From Promethearchaeota archaeon (lineage in GTDB: Archaea; Asgardarchaeota; Lokiarchaeia; Sigyniarchaeales; SOKP01): a stretch of DNA of 63,364 nucleotides. The stretch lies in assembly GCA_048938005.1 (NCBI GenBank), contig JBHLMQ010000007.1:1-63364 (forward strand), read 5' to 3'. Positions within the stretch are counted from its first letter, which is position 1. The number at the start of each line of letters is the position of its first letter. The notes under the pieces are model-generated. The model made no database searches. It was not told where the DNA came from and was given only the letters and a program-made list of their open reading frames with translations. Made by a program: the position numbers and the translations under genes. Positions 19,298 to 29,412 of this stretch are shown here, one piece after another.

Positions 19298-21223
19298 CTA
19301 TTTCAACTCCTTTAGTTTTTCTTTGATTGAATTTTCTAATTCCTTAGATACAATAGCACCATCAATTTTTCCGCGTACTTTTTTCATAACTTCTCCCATT
19401 AAGGGACCTTTAGCTCGCATTTCTTTTTCTTTTATCATTTTAGAGTTATTGTTTACTATTTCGGTTATCAATTGTTTAAGATCATCTATGGAAATACTCT
19501 CGATTTTTAATTTCTTTCTAATTTGACCAATAGAGAGTTCTGGAGTATCCGCTTTTAAGCTCATTATTTCTTCGATTGCTTCTTTACTAATTTTTTTTTC
19601 TTTTAAAAGGTTAAAAATTTCCACAAAATCGGTGTTAGTAATATTTTCGATGTTTTTCCCGTCCCTTCTAAGAGCAGTTGTGGTTTCTAGTATAGTAGTG
19701 AAAACTAATGAAGGATTCTCAGGATACAATTTTATTAGATTATCAAATAGTTGTAATTTTCCTGTAAAAATTAAATCTTTAATGATTCTTTCTTCAATTT
19801 TATATTTCTTAGAATATTGTTTAATTATTACCCACGGATATTCTGGAAGGCTTTTTTTAATTTCAGTAATTTCTTCTTCAGTGTTAAATATAGCTTCGGT
19901 ATCAGTATCAGGATATAGCCTTGCTCCTCCATGAAGTTCTCTTAAAAATTCTGTATTACCATTCTCAAGAGCTCTTCTAGTCTCAGGGGGGACCCCCTTG
20001 AAAGCAAACTTAACTCTATTGATTATGACATCGATAGCTTTATTCACTTCTTTCCTGGATCCTAAAACTAATATAAAACAATCAGGTTCTTTCGATTCCA
20101 ATTTCTTTTTGATTTTTTTAATATCATCATCTGAAAAATTATATTTACTTAAATCTTCATCTGAGTGAATAATGCCTTTAAGACCAGAAATCAGTTTTAC
20201 TTTACTACTAACTTCAGTACCAAATCTATAGTCTTCCATTAATTCTTTTCCAAATAAGCCCTTAAATCCACTGAAATTAATCCCAAATAATAATTTTCCT
20301 GATTTAATACCCTTAGATATAAAATTGGATTTGGTTTTAGTTAAAGAATCAGTTAAATTTACGGGATTATCAGGAATGTCTTTTTCGTTTAACTTTCTTT
20401 TTTCAAGTTCTTCCTTAATTTCAAGCAATTTTAATTGTCGTGAAATTTCATGATTGATTAAGATAGGGATCCATCCTAATTTTTGAACTCCTTTTATTTC
20501 AATCCTGGTCCCTGCTTCAATACTGACATTAACATCTTGTCTAATTGATCCAAGAACTTTTTTTACGTTTGTTGACCATAATAGCAATCCTATTCGTTCA
20601 GCACATTCTCGACATTCATAGGGCGTATTTATATCAGGTTTGGTTGTAACCTCTATCAATGGAATTCCTAAGCGATCTAGACGAAAAAAATTCATCTTAT
20701 TTTCTGTTTTAATTTTTCTTGCGGCTTCTTCCTCTAAACTTAAGATATCTAATCGAATTTTTTTACCACTTTCTAAAGTTACGTAACCATCAGTCCCAAG
20801 TATCATCGTACGTTGAAAACCGCATGGAACACTTCCATCAAGGTAGTTTTTTCTACAAACATGCATTTCTTCAATTATATTGGCATTTAGGAGCATAGCA
20901 ATTTGTAAGGCAATTATTCTAGCATCTAAATTGCATGAAAAGGGAGGAGTATCATCAAGTTCATAAGTACACACTACATCATTGTATCCTTCATATATAA
21001 TTCCCATTCCCTTTTCGTATTCTGTAAGCATTGCTTTGTCAAAAGTGCCCATTTCACCTAAAACGGGTCGCATTTTTCTCCTTATTGTAAAATCTGGTTC
21101 TCTAGTTCCCTGTAGTTTCGCAGGGCATCTACAAAATAATTTTTTTTCTGTGTCAAGCTGTTGATGGATCTCAAGCCCGCATTTAAGCCCCAGTTTTTCA
21201 TAATCGTATTCTTCCATATTCAA
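19298..21223 (-). CDS. gatE: Glu-tRNA(Gln) amidotransferase subunit E
   Basis: GLKCGLEIHQQL..KLFC, GFQRT, LDRLGIPLIE, IRQDVNVSI, GVPPETR. Confidence 0.97.
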   Translation of the reverse strand: MNMEEYDYEKLGLKCGLEIHQQLDTEKKLFCRCPAKLQGTREPDFTIRRKMRPVLGEMGTFDKAMLTEYEKGMGIIYEGYNDVVCTYELDDTPPFSCNLDARIIALQIAMLLNANIIEEMHVCRKNYLDGSVPCGFQRTMILGTDGYVTLESGKKIRLDILSLEEEAARKIKTENKMNFFRLDRLGIPLIEVTTKPDINTPYECRECAERIGLLLWSTNVKKVLGSIRQDVNVSIEAGTRIEIKGVQKLGWIPILINHEISRQLKLLEIKEELEKRKLNEKDIPDNPVNLTDSLTKTKSNFISKGIKSGKLLFGINFSGFKGLFGKELMEDYRFGTEVSSKVKLISGLKGIIHSDEDLSKYNFSDDDIKKIKKKLESKEPDCFILVLGSRKEVNKAIDVIINRVKFAFKGVPPETRRALENGNTEFLRELHGGARLYPDTDTEAIFNTEEEITEIKKSLPEYPWVIIKQYSKKYKIEERIIKDLIFTGKLQLFDNLIKLYPENPSLVFTTILETTTALRRDGKNIENITNTDFVEIFNLLKEKKISKEAIEEIMSLKADTPELSIGQIRKKLKIESISIDDLKQLITEIVNNNSKMIKEKEMRAKGPLMGEVMKKVRGKIDGAIVSKELENSIKEKLKELK

Positions 21224-21363
21224 TCGAATTTACTTTTTTTAAAGATTTGAACATACAATAAATATTCAAGTAAGAAATGTTATAATTATTTTCAAAAAAA
21301 TTTTGGGATATTTATTTGAAGAAAATTAAGAAATCAATATATGACTAAACTGCTTATTTTTAT

Positions 21364-22437
21364 TTATTTTAGATAAGTAATTCCTTCACTTTGCGAAATT
21401 TCTGAATATTGCGAAAGATAATTTATTAATAATTGTTTTTGTTCATTATCCCTTTCGATGGATTGCTCAATTCGAAATGAAAGGTCATTTAAGTTTTCAA
21501 TTCTAATCCAATGTATCTTTGCAAAGAAAAGTAATCTTTTTTTTAGAAAATCTTCCTGAGCACCAAATTTCTTTAAATCTTCGTCTAGAATTTTAATCCA
21601 TCTATTAAAAACACTTTTACTCTTAAATCCTACAAATAATTCGTTATCTCCAGCTAAAGTCATCCATAAATACTTATCTTTATCATCGAGCATTCTATGA
21701 TAATTTACTATGTAATTTACATTTTCTTTTAGGATTTTCAATCTTTCTTTCTTAGCTAATTCTTTTTTAAAAAGAAGATCTGTCTCTAATAAGTCCAATC
21801 TACAATAATAGTCTGTTGGTGAATATATAAAATCTGTCACTTTTACTCCCAACATTCCAAGTACGGCTGCAAAGAATTTGCAATTTTCATAATGAAGATT
21901 TCTGTGCATTCCAATAAATTCTAAAACTCCTCGTGCAGGTCCGTAATTTTCATCAGGAATAATTTCCAATCTCCAATCTTTAGAAATAGTGGAAAGATTA
22001 ACTCTAGTTCTTAATCTTTCAAATAGTATTCTAAGATCATCATAATTATGTGATCTAAATTGTCTTTTCAAGAAATTTAGATAAGTTAATAAAAAATGAG
22101 TCGTAAATTCAAAAGAAAAGTGTGTATATCTATTAGATTCTAAAAACATTTCATAAAGAGGTATTATGGCGCGAAAAGTGAATTTTTCGAAGAAATCTTT
22201 AACCTCTTTATCTTCTATTCTCGCAAAATCATCAATTGTTTTACCTTTCCTAAATAATTCCATAATATTCTCCATAATATTGTTATAAAAAGCTGATATG
22301 CTTTGAAATCTTTCATCATTTGGATTCTTTTTGTGATTAACATTTACATATCTTTTTATCCAATCTTTGAGAGCTGGTGATATTGATATCGTTTGCTGGC
22401 TAGTTTTCTTGTTTGAAAGATATTTTTTTGAAGTCAT
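21364..22437 (-). CDS. Hypothetical protein with N-terminal RHH-like motif (paralog of 22809-23894)
   Basis: QQTISISPALKDWIKRYV...SISAFY; aligns over its full length with the neighbour. Confidence 0.7.
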   Translation of the reverse strand: MTSKKYLSNKKTSQQTISISPALKDWIKRYVNVNHKKNPNDERFQSISAFYNNIMENIMELFRKGKTIDDFARIEDKEVKDFFEKFTFRAIIPLYEMFLESNRYTHFSFEFTTHFLLTYLNFLKRQFRSHNYDDLRILFERLRTRVNLSTISKDWRLEIIPDENYGPARGVLEFIGMHRNLHYENCKFFAAVLGMLGVKVTDFIYSPTDYYCRLDLLETDLLFKKELAKKERLKILKENVNYIVNYHRMLDDKDKYLWMTLAGDNELFVGFKSKSVFNRWIKILDEDLKKFGAQEDFLKKRLLFFAKIHWIRIENLNDLSFRIEQSIERDNEQKQLLINYLSQYSEISQSEGITYLK

Positions 22438-22708
22438 AATATTTTGAATTTTATTTAATTTTTAAATTTATGTTAGTTGAAAAATTCAAATATATAAGCC
22501 TTTATCAATCATAGAAGAGAGAGATTGTTCAGTTATATTTTTACAAGATACATTTTTTCCTAAATCTCCATATTTAATCTTTTCCTTCCTTAGTTTTGTT
22601 TTAAAAACATTTAATTTCGAAATTAAAAGAATCAGATATTAGTAGTACAGTTTATATATGAAGAAAAAAAGACATTTTTGGGCAATTTTTTGCGATAAAA
22701 ATCAAGGG

Positions 22709-22790
22709 TATGACAGGAGAGTCCTGCCATAAAGGTAAGAAAAGGGGGAAAATAACGGGGGTAAGGAGGACGAGATCCTTCCTTTTTTTT
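22709..22790. other. GC-rich double hairpin ending in a T8 run (terminator or small RNA)
   Basis: TATGACAGGA-GAG-TCCTGCCATA and AAGGAGGA-CGAGA-TCCTTCCTT followed by T8. Confidence 0.4.
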
Positions 22791-22808
22791 AAAAAAAATT
22801 GAATTCGA

Positions 22809-23894
22809 TTATTCATTTAGTATTTTTAATTTATATCTACCATTTTTTTGAGAAATCTCCGATTTTTTTGAAAGAACTTCAAGTAAATATTCTCTTTCAT
22901 GTTGATATTTGGATTTTGATAATCTAATTTGGAATAATAAATCAGTTTCACTTTCAATTTCAATCCAATGTAATTTTTCAAAAAGTTTCAATATGTTAAG
23001 ATGATATTCTTCTTTATCTCCAAATTTTTCAATTTCTCTTTCTATCAAATTTATCCAATCTTTTTTGGCCTCTTCATTATTGAAATTGATAATAATATTT
23101 TTATCGTCAGCCATATTCATCCAAAGATAATAATCTTTATCTTTGATTATTCTGTTATAATTGATAAAATAAGAAAGATTGTTATTCATAAGCTTAATCC
23201 TCTCTTGTTTTGCTAACTCCTTCCTATAAAACAAATCTGTAGTTTCTAAATCTAGTCGATAATAAATCTCTTTTTCTGAATATAAAAAATCAATTAATTT
23301 AACACCTAACAAACCAAAAAAAGCAACTGTATATTTACATGTTTCAAAACATAAATTCTTGTAATATCCTGCATATTCAAAGATGCCTGTCAATTTTTTT
23401 CTACTCTTTCCAGCAAAAAGATCCAAGCTAAATTCTTTAGTAAGATTTTGTGAAAATATATAGTTTCTCACTCGATCAAATATGGTTTTTATGGTTAAAC
23501 TATCATAAGGATCTATTTGAGACATATATAGTCTTCTTAGTGTTAAATAAAAAAAAGGATTTTTTTCAAATGTAGGGCTTGTAAAACGATTTGTACTTAT
23601 AGCGTTTTCGTAATATGGAATTAAAGCACTAAAAGATATTTTTTGGAAAAAATCTTTTATTTCAGAGTCGGGGAATGCTTCCAGGTCATTAAGCGTTTTA
23701 CCCTTTTCGAAACAATCCATAGCCTTCTCCAAAACATAATTATAAAAAGCAGAAATGCTTTTGTATCTTTTATCATCTGGATACAGTTTATTATTTTCAT
23801 TTACATATCTCTTGATTTTATTTTTAAGGGCTGGTGAAATTGAAATTGTTTGCTGTGTAATTTTTTTTTTCGATAAAGGTCTTTCTGAAGTCAT
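22809..23894 (-). CDS. Hypothetical protein with N-terminal RHH-like motif (paralog of 21364-22437)
   Basis: QQTISISPALKNKIKRYV...SISAFY; shared YRLDLET.DLF.KELAK.ER and YLWM.MA.D blocks. Confidence 0.7.
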   Translation of the reverse strand: MTSERPLSKKKITQQTISISPALKNKIKRYVNENNKLYPDDKRYKSISAFYNYVLEKAMDCFEKGKTLNDLEAFPDSEIKDFFQKISFSALIPYYENAISTNRFTSPTFEKNPFFYLTLRRLYMSQIDPYDSLTIKTIFDRVRNYIFSQNLTKEFSLDLFAGKSRKKLTGIFEYAGYYKNLCFETCKYTVAFFGLLGVKLIDFLYSEKEIYYRLDLETTDLFYRKELAKQERIKLMNNNLSYFINYNRIIKDKDYYLWMNMADDKNIIINFNNEEAKKDWINLIEREIEKFGDKEEYHLNILKLFEKLHWIEIESETDLLFQIRLSKSKYQHEREYLLEVLSKKSEISQKNGRYKLKILNE

Positions 23895-23985
23895 TCTAAT
23901 TCATTACTCACAAAATTTGATATTCATATCGTAATTTTTAGTATATACAAAATTATATTAAGATAAACTAATTTTAAATTTTAGT

Positions 23986-25614
23986 CTAAAGAACTTTAGA
24001 TACATACACACCATCTAGCTTATATCCCATTCCATAAAACCAATCCCTTGCTCCGATTCCGCTTATAACAGCTAATTTTTTTGCATCATACTCTTCAAAT
24101 GATATCTTTTCTGCATTTTCCATTAATAATCTTCCAAAACCTCTATGTTGAATTTGAGTATATCGATCTGGTTTTAAATCTTTTGGAACAAGTTCGCCAA
24201 CTACTTTAATTTCTCTTACTATCATTGTTTTTCCATCGTTCAATTCTGGTCTATGAGCGAATATTGAAGGTTTTCTTAGACGTAAATATCCAATTAGATA
24301 ATCCTCTTTTTTATTCTCATACGACAAGAATATTTCTTTCCCTTGAGAAGCATCATAATCCAAACGATACAGTTTTATTTCATCCAGAGATTTTTCATCG
24401 ATAATTTCTCTTCTTTTACTTATCCCATATTCCCTACATCTTATACACTTACATGTTTCATCTATCTCTTTTAATCTTTCTTGTACTAACTGCCTTAAAT
24501 TGCTATTTTTACATCCTGCTTCGATTAAAGTAGCGGGTATATCTCTCATGATTCTTTGAATTCTAACATATGAAGGAAGATCAATTTTAACCTTTGCTAT
24601 TAAATCTATTAACTCTTTATCAGAATAAGGAGTATATTTACCGTTTTTCCACCAATTGTATAATTCAGTGCCTTTTATTACTAGGGTGGGATAAATCTTT
24701 AACATATCAGGTCGATATTCTGGATTAGAGAACAAGTTATTAAATAATTCTAAATCTTTATCTATACTTGAACCCGGTAAATTTGGCATTATGTGTGTAT
24801 TAATTTTTAATCCTGCATCTTTAGCAATCCTTATCGATTCAATGCTATCGGCGGTAGTATGCCCTCTCTTTACTAAATTATAGATATCGTTATAAATAGT
24901 TTGGATACCGATTTCAACTCGAGTAGTTCCAAGGTTTAGCATATCATCAATATGCGTTTCCTTGCAATAGTCTGGTCTCGTCTCAATGGTAATACCTATC
25001 ACTCTTCTTTTGGATTTTTCTGCTAGTATCTTAGCTTCTTCTAAATTGCCTGTTTTCTGTTCTATTATTCCCTCTAATGCCCCTTTAACGAATTCTGATT
25101 GATATCTCTGATCAGTTGATAAGAATGTCCCGCCCATTATGATTAATTCTATCTTATCTACAATATGACCTATAGACTCTAAATCATTTATTCTACTTTG
25201 AACTTGTAAGTAAGGATCATAATTGTTATGAATAGATCTCATAGCTGCTGGTTCTTGGCCTGTATAAGATTGGGCTACTTTTTCTCCAGGCTGAGAATCT
25301 TGACCTGGACAATATATACAAGTTCCAGGACAAGGAAGAGGTTTTGTCATAATAGCTATAACAGATACACCAGATAAAGTTCTGGTTTTTCTTCTCTTAA
25401 GAATCCGAGTTATTATTAATTTTTCTTGTTCTATTGCAAAATCCAGGATTGTTGCATTTTTAATGACTTTATTATATCTATATTTTTTTCCTATTCTACC
25501 TTTTATATTAGTAATTCTTTCTCTTGGAGTTTCTGGATTTTTTATTAAATAATCTATGATCTCTCTTGAAATAAGTTTAATTTTTTCAGGAAATTCTGTT
25601 TTTTCTTGTACCAT
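23986..25614 (-). CDS. elp3: tRNA uridine(34) acetyltransferase Elp3 (radical SAM + GNAT)
   Basis: RTLSGVSVIAIM..PCPGTCIYCPG, QSYTGQEPA, ETRPD, QHRGFG, VISGIGAR. Confidence 0.96.
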   Translation of the reverse strand: MVQEKTEFPEKIKLISREIIDYLIKNPETPRERITNIKGRIGKKYRYNKVIKNATILDFAIEQEKLIITRILKRRKTRTLSGVSVIAIMTKPLPCPGTCIYCPGQDSQPGEKVAQSYTGQEPAAMRSIHNNYDPYLQVQSRINDLESIGHIVDKIELIIMGGTFLSTDQRYQSEFVKGALEGIIEQKTGNLEEAKILAEKSKRRVIGITIETRPDYCKETHIDDMLNLGTTRVEIGIQTIYNDIYNLVKRGHTTADSIESIRIAKDAGLKINTHIMPNLPGSSIDKDLELFNNLFSNPEYRPDMLKIYPTLVIKGTELYNWWKNGKYTPYSDKELIDLIAKVKIDLPSYVRIQRIMRDIPATLIEAGCKNSNLRQLVQERLKEIDETCKCIRCREYGISKRREIIDEKSLDEIKLYRLDYDASQGKEIFLSYENKKEDYLIGYLRLRKPSIFAHRPELNDGKTMIVREIKVVGELVPKDLKPDRYTQIQHRGFGRLLMENAEKISFEEYDAKKLAVISGIGARDWFYGMGYKLDGVYVSKVL

Positions 25615-25645
25615 TTCATGCCATATTTAATTTATATTTAATTTT

Positions 25646-26497
25646 TTATAACTCTACTTTCCTCCCAGTAAAATCTCTTTTGAATTTTCCAAAATCTTCC
25701 ATCTTCTTTAAGGTTTCAGTTTTAAAAACAGGTCCATCTTTACAAACTAGTAATCCTAAAGGATCAATTACGCATAATCCACACAATCCACACCCACACC
25801 TCATTATTCGCTCAAGACTTGCATGAAGTTCTATCTCCCATTTTTCACATATTTCATAGATTGAATAGATCATTTTCTCAGGGCCGCAAGCATAAACTAT
25901 TGCTTTTGAAAGAAGTCTTTTTGAGTAAGTTTCCAAAATTCTTTCAAAAACCTCAGTTGCAATGCCTTTAGTTCCAAAACTCCCATCTTCAGTACAATAA
26001 AAAATATCATTAGAATTCTTATCCAACATTTGTATTTGAGTTGTAAACATTAAGTCGCTTTTAACTTTTGCACCTTGAATTAGAATAAAAGAAATTTTAC
26101 GTTTATATAGTTCTTGGGAAAGAAAGCGAAGAGGAGCCATACCTATTCCTCCACCGATTAAAAATATATTTTTAGATTTTTCTTCTGGAATTTCAAAATA
26201 GTTACCCAAAGGTCCTCTAACACCTATAAAATCGCCCTGTTTTAGGTTAAAAATTGCGTTGGTGCATTCACCAACTTTTTTTACAGTAATCGCCCAATTT
26301 CCATTATCATCACAACCAGATAGGGACATTGGAATTTCATCAACTCCAGGAACCCACACCATAATAAATTGCCCTGGTTTGGGAATGGTATAATTTTCAA
26401 TGGTTTTGTTTTTCATATTAAAAACAAGAGTTCTAACCTCATTACATTCATCAATTATTTCTTGAACTTTCACTGTTTTTATCGTATTTTCAGTCAA
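25646..26497 (-). CDS. pyrK: Dihydroorotate dehydrogenase electron transfer subunit
   Basis: PGQFIMVW, RGPLGN, GGGIGMAP, MRCGCGLCGLC...VCKDGPVF. Confidence 0.93.
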   Translation of the reverse strand: MTENTIKTVKVQEIIDECNEVRTLVFNMKNKTIENYTIPKPGQFIMVWVPGVDEIPMSLSGCDDNGNWAITVKKVGECTNAIFNLKQGDFIGVRGPLGNYFEIPEEKSKNIFLIGGGIGMAPLRFLSQELYKRKISFILIQGAKVKSDLMFTTQIQMLDKNSNDIFYCTEDGSFGTKGIATEVFERILETYSKRLLSKAIVYACGPEKMIYSIYEICEKWEIELHASLERIMRCGCGLCGLCVIDPLGLLVCKDGPVFKTETLKKMEDFGKFKRDFTGRKVEL

Positions 26498-27416
26498 AAT
26501 CAGGCACCTCTTGAGTTTTGAACTGATGAGCTAATCCTTTTATATCATTTATAGAATTGTATTTATTATCTTTTAGATATTGAGTTATTCCATGATTAAT
26601 TTCAGTAAGGATTTCTACCCCCTTATATAAAGCAGTCCCAATTTGTACTGCTGAAGCTCCAGCCAAAAAGAATTCTATAACGTCTTGCCAAGAATCTATT
26701 CCTCCGCATCCAATTATTGGGATTTTTAAGGCTTTATATAAATCATATACTTTTTTTACAGCTATAGGATGAATTGCCTTCCCAGAAAGCCCCCCACTTC
26801 CATGTGATAAGATTGGTCTCTTTGTATTTACATCTATTTTCAATGCTGATAAAGTGTTTATGGCGACAACTGCGTCGGCACCCCCTTTTTCAGCTGCTAA
26901 AGCTATTTCTACTATATTTGTTACATTTGGGTTTAATTTTACAAAAAGAGGGATATTAAGCTTGTTTTTTAGAAATTTAACAATTTTAAAAGTTAAATCT
27001 TTATCAATACCTATACAAGATATTTCAGCATGAGGACATGAGATATTAATTTCAATTGCATCTGCTCCTGCATTTTCAGCTTTTTTAGCTACATCTAAAT
27101 AAACCTCATTAGTATTTCCAAAAACACTCACTATTAATGGAATGTTATTTTTTTTTATTTCTTTTATTTCTGAGATAAATTCGTTAATCCCAGGATTACC
27201 GAGACCAACACTATTCATAAAGGTGCCCGGGTAGATCTCAATTATAGATGGATTTTTATATCCTTTTCTTGATTTTGGTCCGATAGATTTTGTTGTAACA
27301 GCACCAGCTCCAGCATCAATTACTCTTTTCATTGAAGAAAAAGCAACTCCTAAAATTCCAGAGGCTAAAATAATAGGGGATTTTAATTTTAAACCAGAGA
27401 GATTTATTTCAAGCAT
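26490..27416 (-). CDS. pyrD: Dihydroorotate dehydrogenase (class 1B) catalytic subunit
   Basis: LASG, NSVGLGNPG, EINISCPH, AINT, GGLSG. Confidence 0.95.
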   Translation of the reverse strand: MLEINLSGLKLKSPIILASGILGVAFSSMKRVIDAGAGAVTTKSIGPKSRKGYKNPSIIEIYPGTFMNSVGLGNPGINEFISEIKEIKKNNIPLIVSVFGNTNEVYLDVAKKAENAGADAIEINISCPHAEISCIGIDKDLTFKIVKFLKNKLNIPLFVKLNPNVTNIVEIALAAEKGGADAVVAINTLSALKIDVNTKRPILSHGSGGLSGKAIHPIAVKKVYDLYKALKIPIIGCGGIDSWQDVIEFFLAGASAVQIGTALYKGVEILTEINHGITQYLKDNKYNSINDIKGLAHQFKTQEVPDFD

Positions 27417-27493
27417 TTTTTTAAGAAAATAATGATTATAATTTTATAATAATTATCAATGATGGTAAAACAAGTTTAAATTAACAAATAAAA

Positions 27494-28699
27494 ATGAAAT
27501 CTTATATAGCAGATACTTTAATTGGAATTTTGGCATTTGATGAAACTGGAAATATTTTAAATTTCATTGATTTCAATGATGATATTGTTAAAATTATTGA
27601 ATTTTATGATGCATTAGAGAATGATGTCATTCAAAAAGATTTTGAGGATTTTTTATTAGATTTGAAAAATTCAGGATTTAGTGAATTTCTATTTGATAAT
27701 AAGAAATTAGAATCATTAACTGCAAAAAAATTAGGTTATAAAACAATTTTTGAAAGAAATTCGGTGGAGCTTAAATCTATACGTTTAAATTTAGATGACC
27801 ACTTAAAAAAAATTGGTATAAATAAAACACGAGAAGAAATTCTAGCGCAATACAAAAAAGTAAGTGTAGAATTAACTAGAAGAAAAGTAAGTCAAGTTAG
27901 TGGTCATACTGACAATATAATTACGCAAATTATTACAGTCTTGGATGTAATAAAAAAATCAATTAGTTTATTTTCAAGTCATCTTCGAGAATGGTATGGC
28001 CTACATTTCCCTGAATTAACTGATGAAATTATTGAAGACAATATTATCTTAGCAAAATTGGTTTCAATTTTAGGATCTAGGGAAAATTTTACATTTAAAA
28101 ATATTGAAAACAATTTTGATATAAAAGAACATAAGATTAAAGCATTGGAACAATATGCATTAGATTCAATGGGAGCAAATATTGATCTTAATATCTTACA
28201 AAATTATGCTGAGCAAATTATTTCTTTAGATACTTATCGAGAGCAATTGGAGAATTATTTAGAAACAATGATGGAAAAAGCTGCTCCAAATGTCAATGCT
28301 CTTGTTGGTTCTTTGATAGGAGCAAAATTAATAGCTAAAGCAGGCGGTTTACAAAAATTAGCTTATATGCCTGCCTCCAGAATTCAATTATTAGGGGCTG
28401 AAAAAGCATTATATCGTTTTCTTAAAACCGGTGAAAAAAGACCTAAGCATGGCTTAATATTTCAATGGAATCAAATAAGATCAGCTAAAATTTTTCATAG
28501 AGGAAAGATTGCACGTGTAGTTGCAGGGAAAATTGGCGTTGCTGCTAAAGTAGATTTCTTTAAAGGTGAATTTGTAGGAGATTCCTTAGCAAAAGAGATT
28601 GAATTAAAAATAAAAGAAATTGAAGAGAAATATCCATCTCCCCCTAAAAAAGTACAACCAGCAAAGGGCAAGAAAAAAAAATCGAAAAAAAGAAAATAA
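27494..28699 (+). CDS. nop5: Box C/D sRNP protein Nop5 (Nop56/58)
   Basis: LREWYGLHFPEL, PASRIQLLGAEKAL, PKHGLIF, basic tail. Confidence 0.95.
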   Translation: MKSYIADTLIGILAFDETGNILNFIDFNDDIVKIIEFYDALENDVIQKDFEDFLLDLKNSGFSEFLFDNKKLESLTAKKLGYKTIFERNSVELKSIRLNLDDHLKKIGINKTREEILAQYKKVSVELTRRKVSQVSGHTDNIITQIITVLDVIKKSISLFSSHLREWYGLHFPELTDEIIEDNIILAKLVSILGSRENFTFKNIENNFDIKEHKIKALEQYALDSMGANIDLNILQNYAEQIISLDTYREQLENYLETMMEKAAPNVNALVGSLIGAKLIAKAGGLQKLAYMPASRIQLLGAEKALYRFLKTGEKRPKHGLIFQWNQIRSAKIFHRGKIARVVAGKIGVAAKVDFFKGEFVGDSLAKEIELKIKEIEEKYPSPPKKVQPAKGKKKKSKKRK

Positions 28700-28716
28700 T
28701 ATTGAAATGTTAAAAT

Positions 28717-29412
28717 ATGTCTAAAATTGAGATTAGAAATCATCCCAAATTCTATAATGTCTTTATTTCTGGACCCCAAGAAAAGTTAAGGCTCTATACA
28801 AAGAATTTAATTGAGGGGAAAAGAGTATATGGAGAGAAATTAATAAGACATAAAGGTACAGAATATAGAGAGTGGGATCCATTTAGAAGTAAATTAGCAG
28901 CATTGATTCTGGAAAATCCTTTAACAAATTTTTTTTCAGATAATTTCAATTGTTTGTATTTAGGAGCATCTTCTGGTACAACTATATCCCACCTTTCAGA
29001 TATCATAGATACAGGAATAATTTATGGTGTGGAATTTGCAGAAAGAAGCATGAGACAATTAATTCAAAATACTTCAAAAAGGATAAATATCATTCCTATT
29101 TTAGCAGATGCTCGCTTTCCAGAAAGTTATGCTAAATATATTTTTACGGGTATAGATTTAATTTATCAGGATGTTGCCCAACCCCAACAAGCCAATATTG
29201 CAGTTGAAAATTGTAATTATTACCTAAAGCATGATGGTATTTTAATTATAGCTATCAAATCTCAATCAATTGATAGTATTCAAAAATCTGAATATATTTA
29301 TGCACAAGAGAAGAAGATCCTAGAAAAAGCAGGATATCAAATCATAGAAAGTATAAATATCCATAAATATGCTGCTAATCACATTATGTTGATAGCTAAA
29401 AAAAGCAATTAG
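28717..29412 (+). CDS. flpA: Fibrillarin-like rRNA/tRNA 2'-O-methyltransferase
   Basis: VYGEKL, EYREWDPFRSKLAA, LYLGASSGTT, YQDVAQP. Confidence 0.96.
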   Translation: MSKIEIRNHPKFYNVFISGPQEKLRLYTKNLIEGKRVYGEKLIRHKGTEYREWDPFRSKLAALILENPLTNFFSDNFNCLYLGASSGTTISHLSDIIDTGIIYGVEFAERSMRQLIQNTSKRINIIPILADARFPESYAKYIFTGIDLIYQDVAQPQQANIAVENCNYYLKHDGILIIAIKSQSIDSIQKSEYIYAQEKKILEKAGYQIIESINIHKYAANHIMLIAKKSN

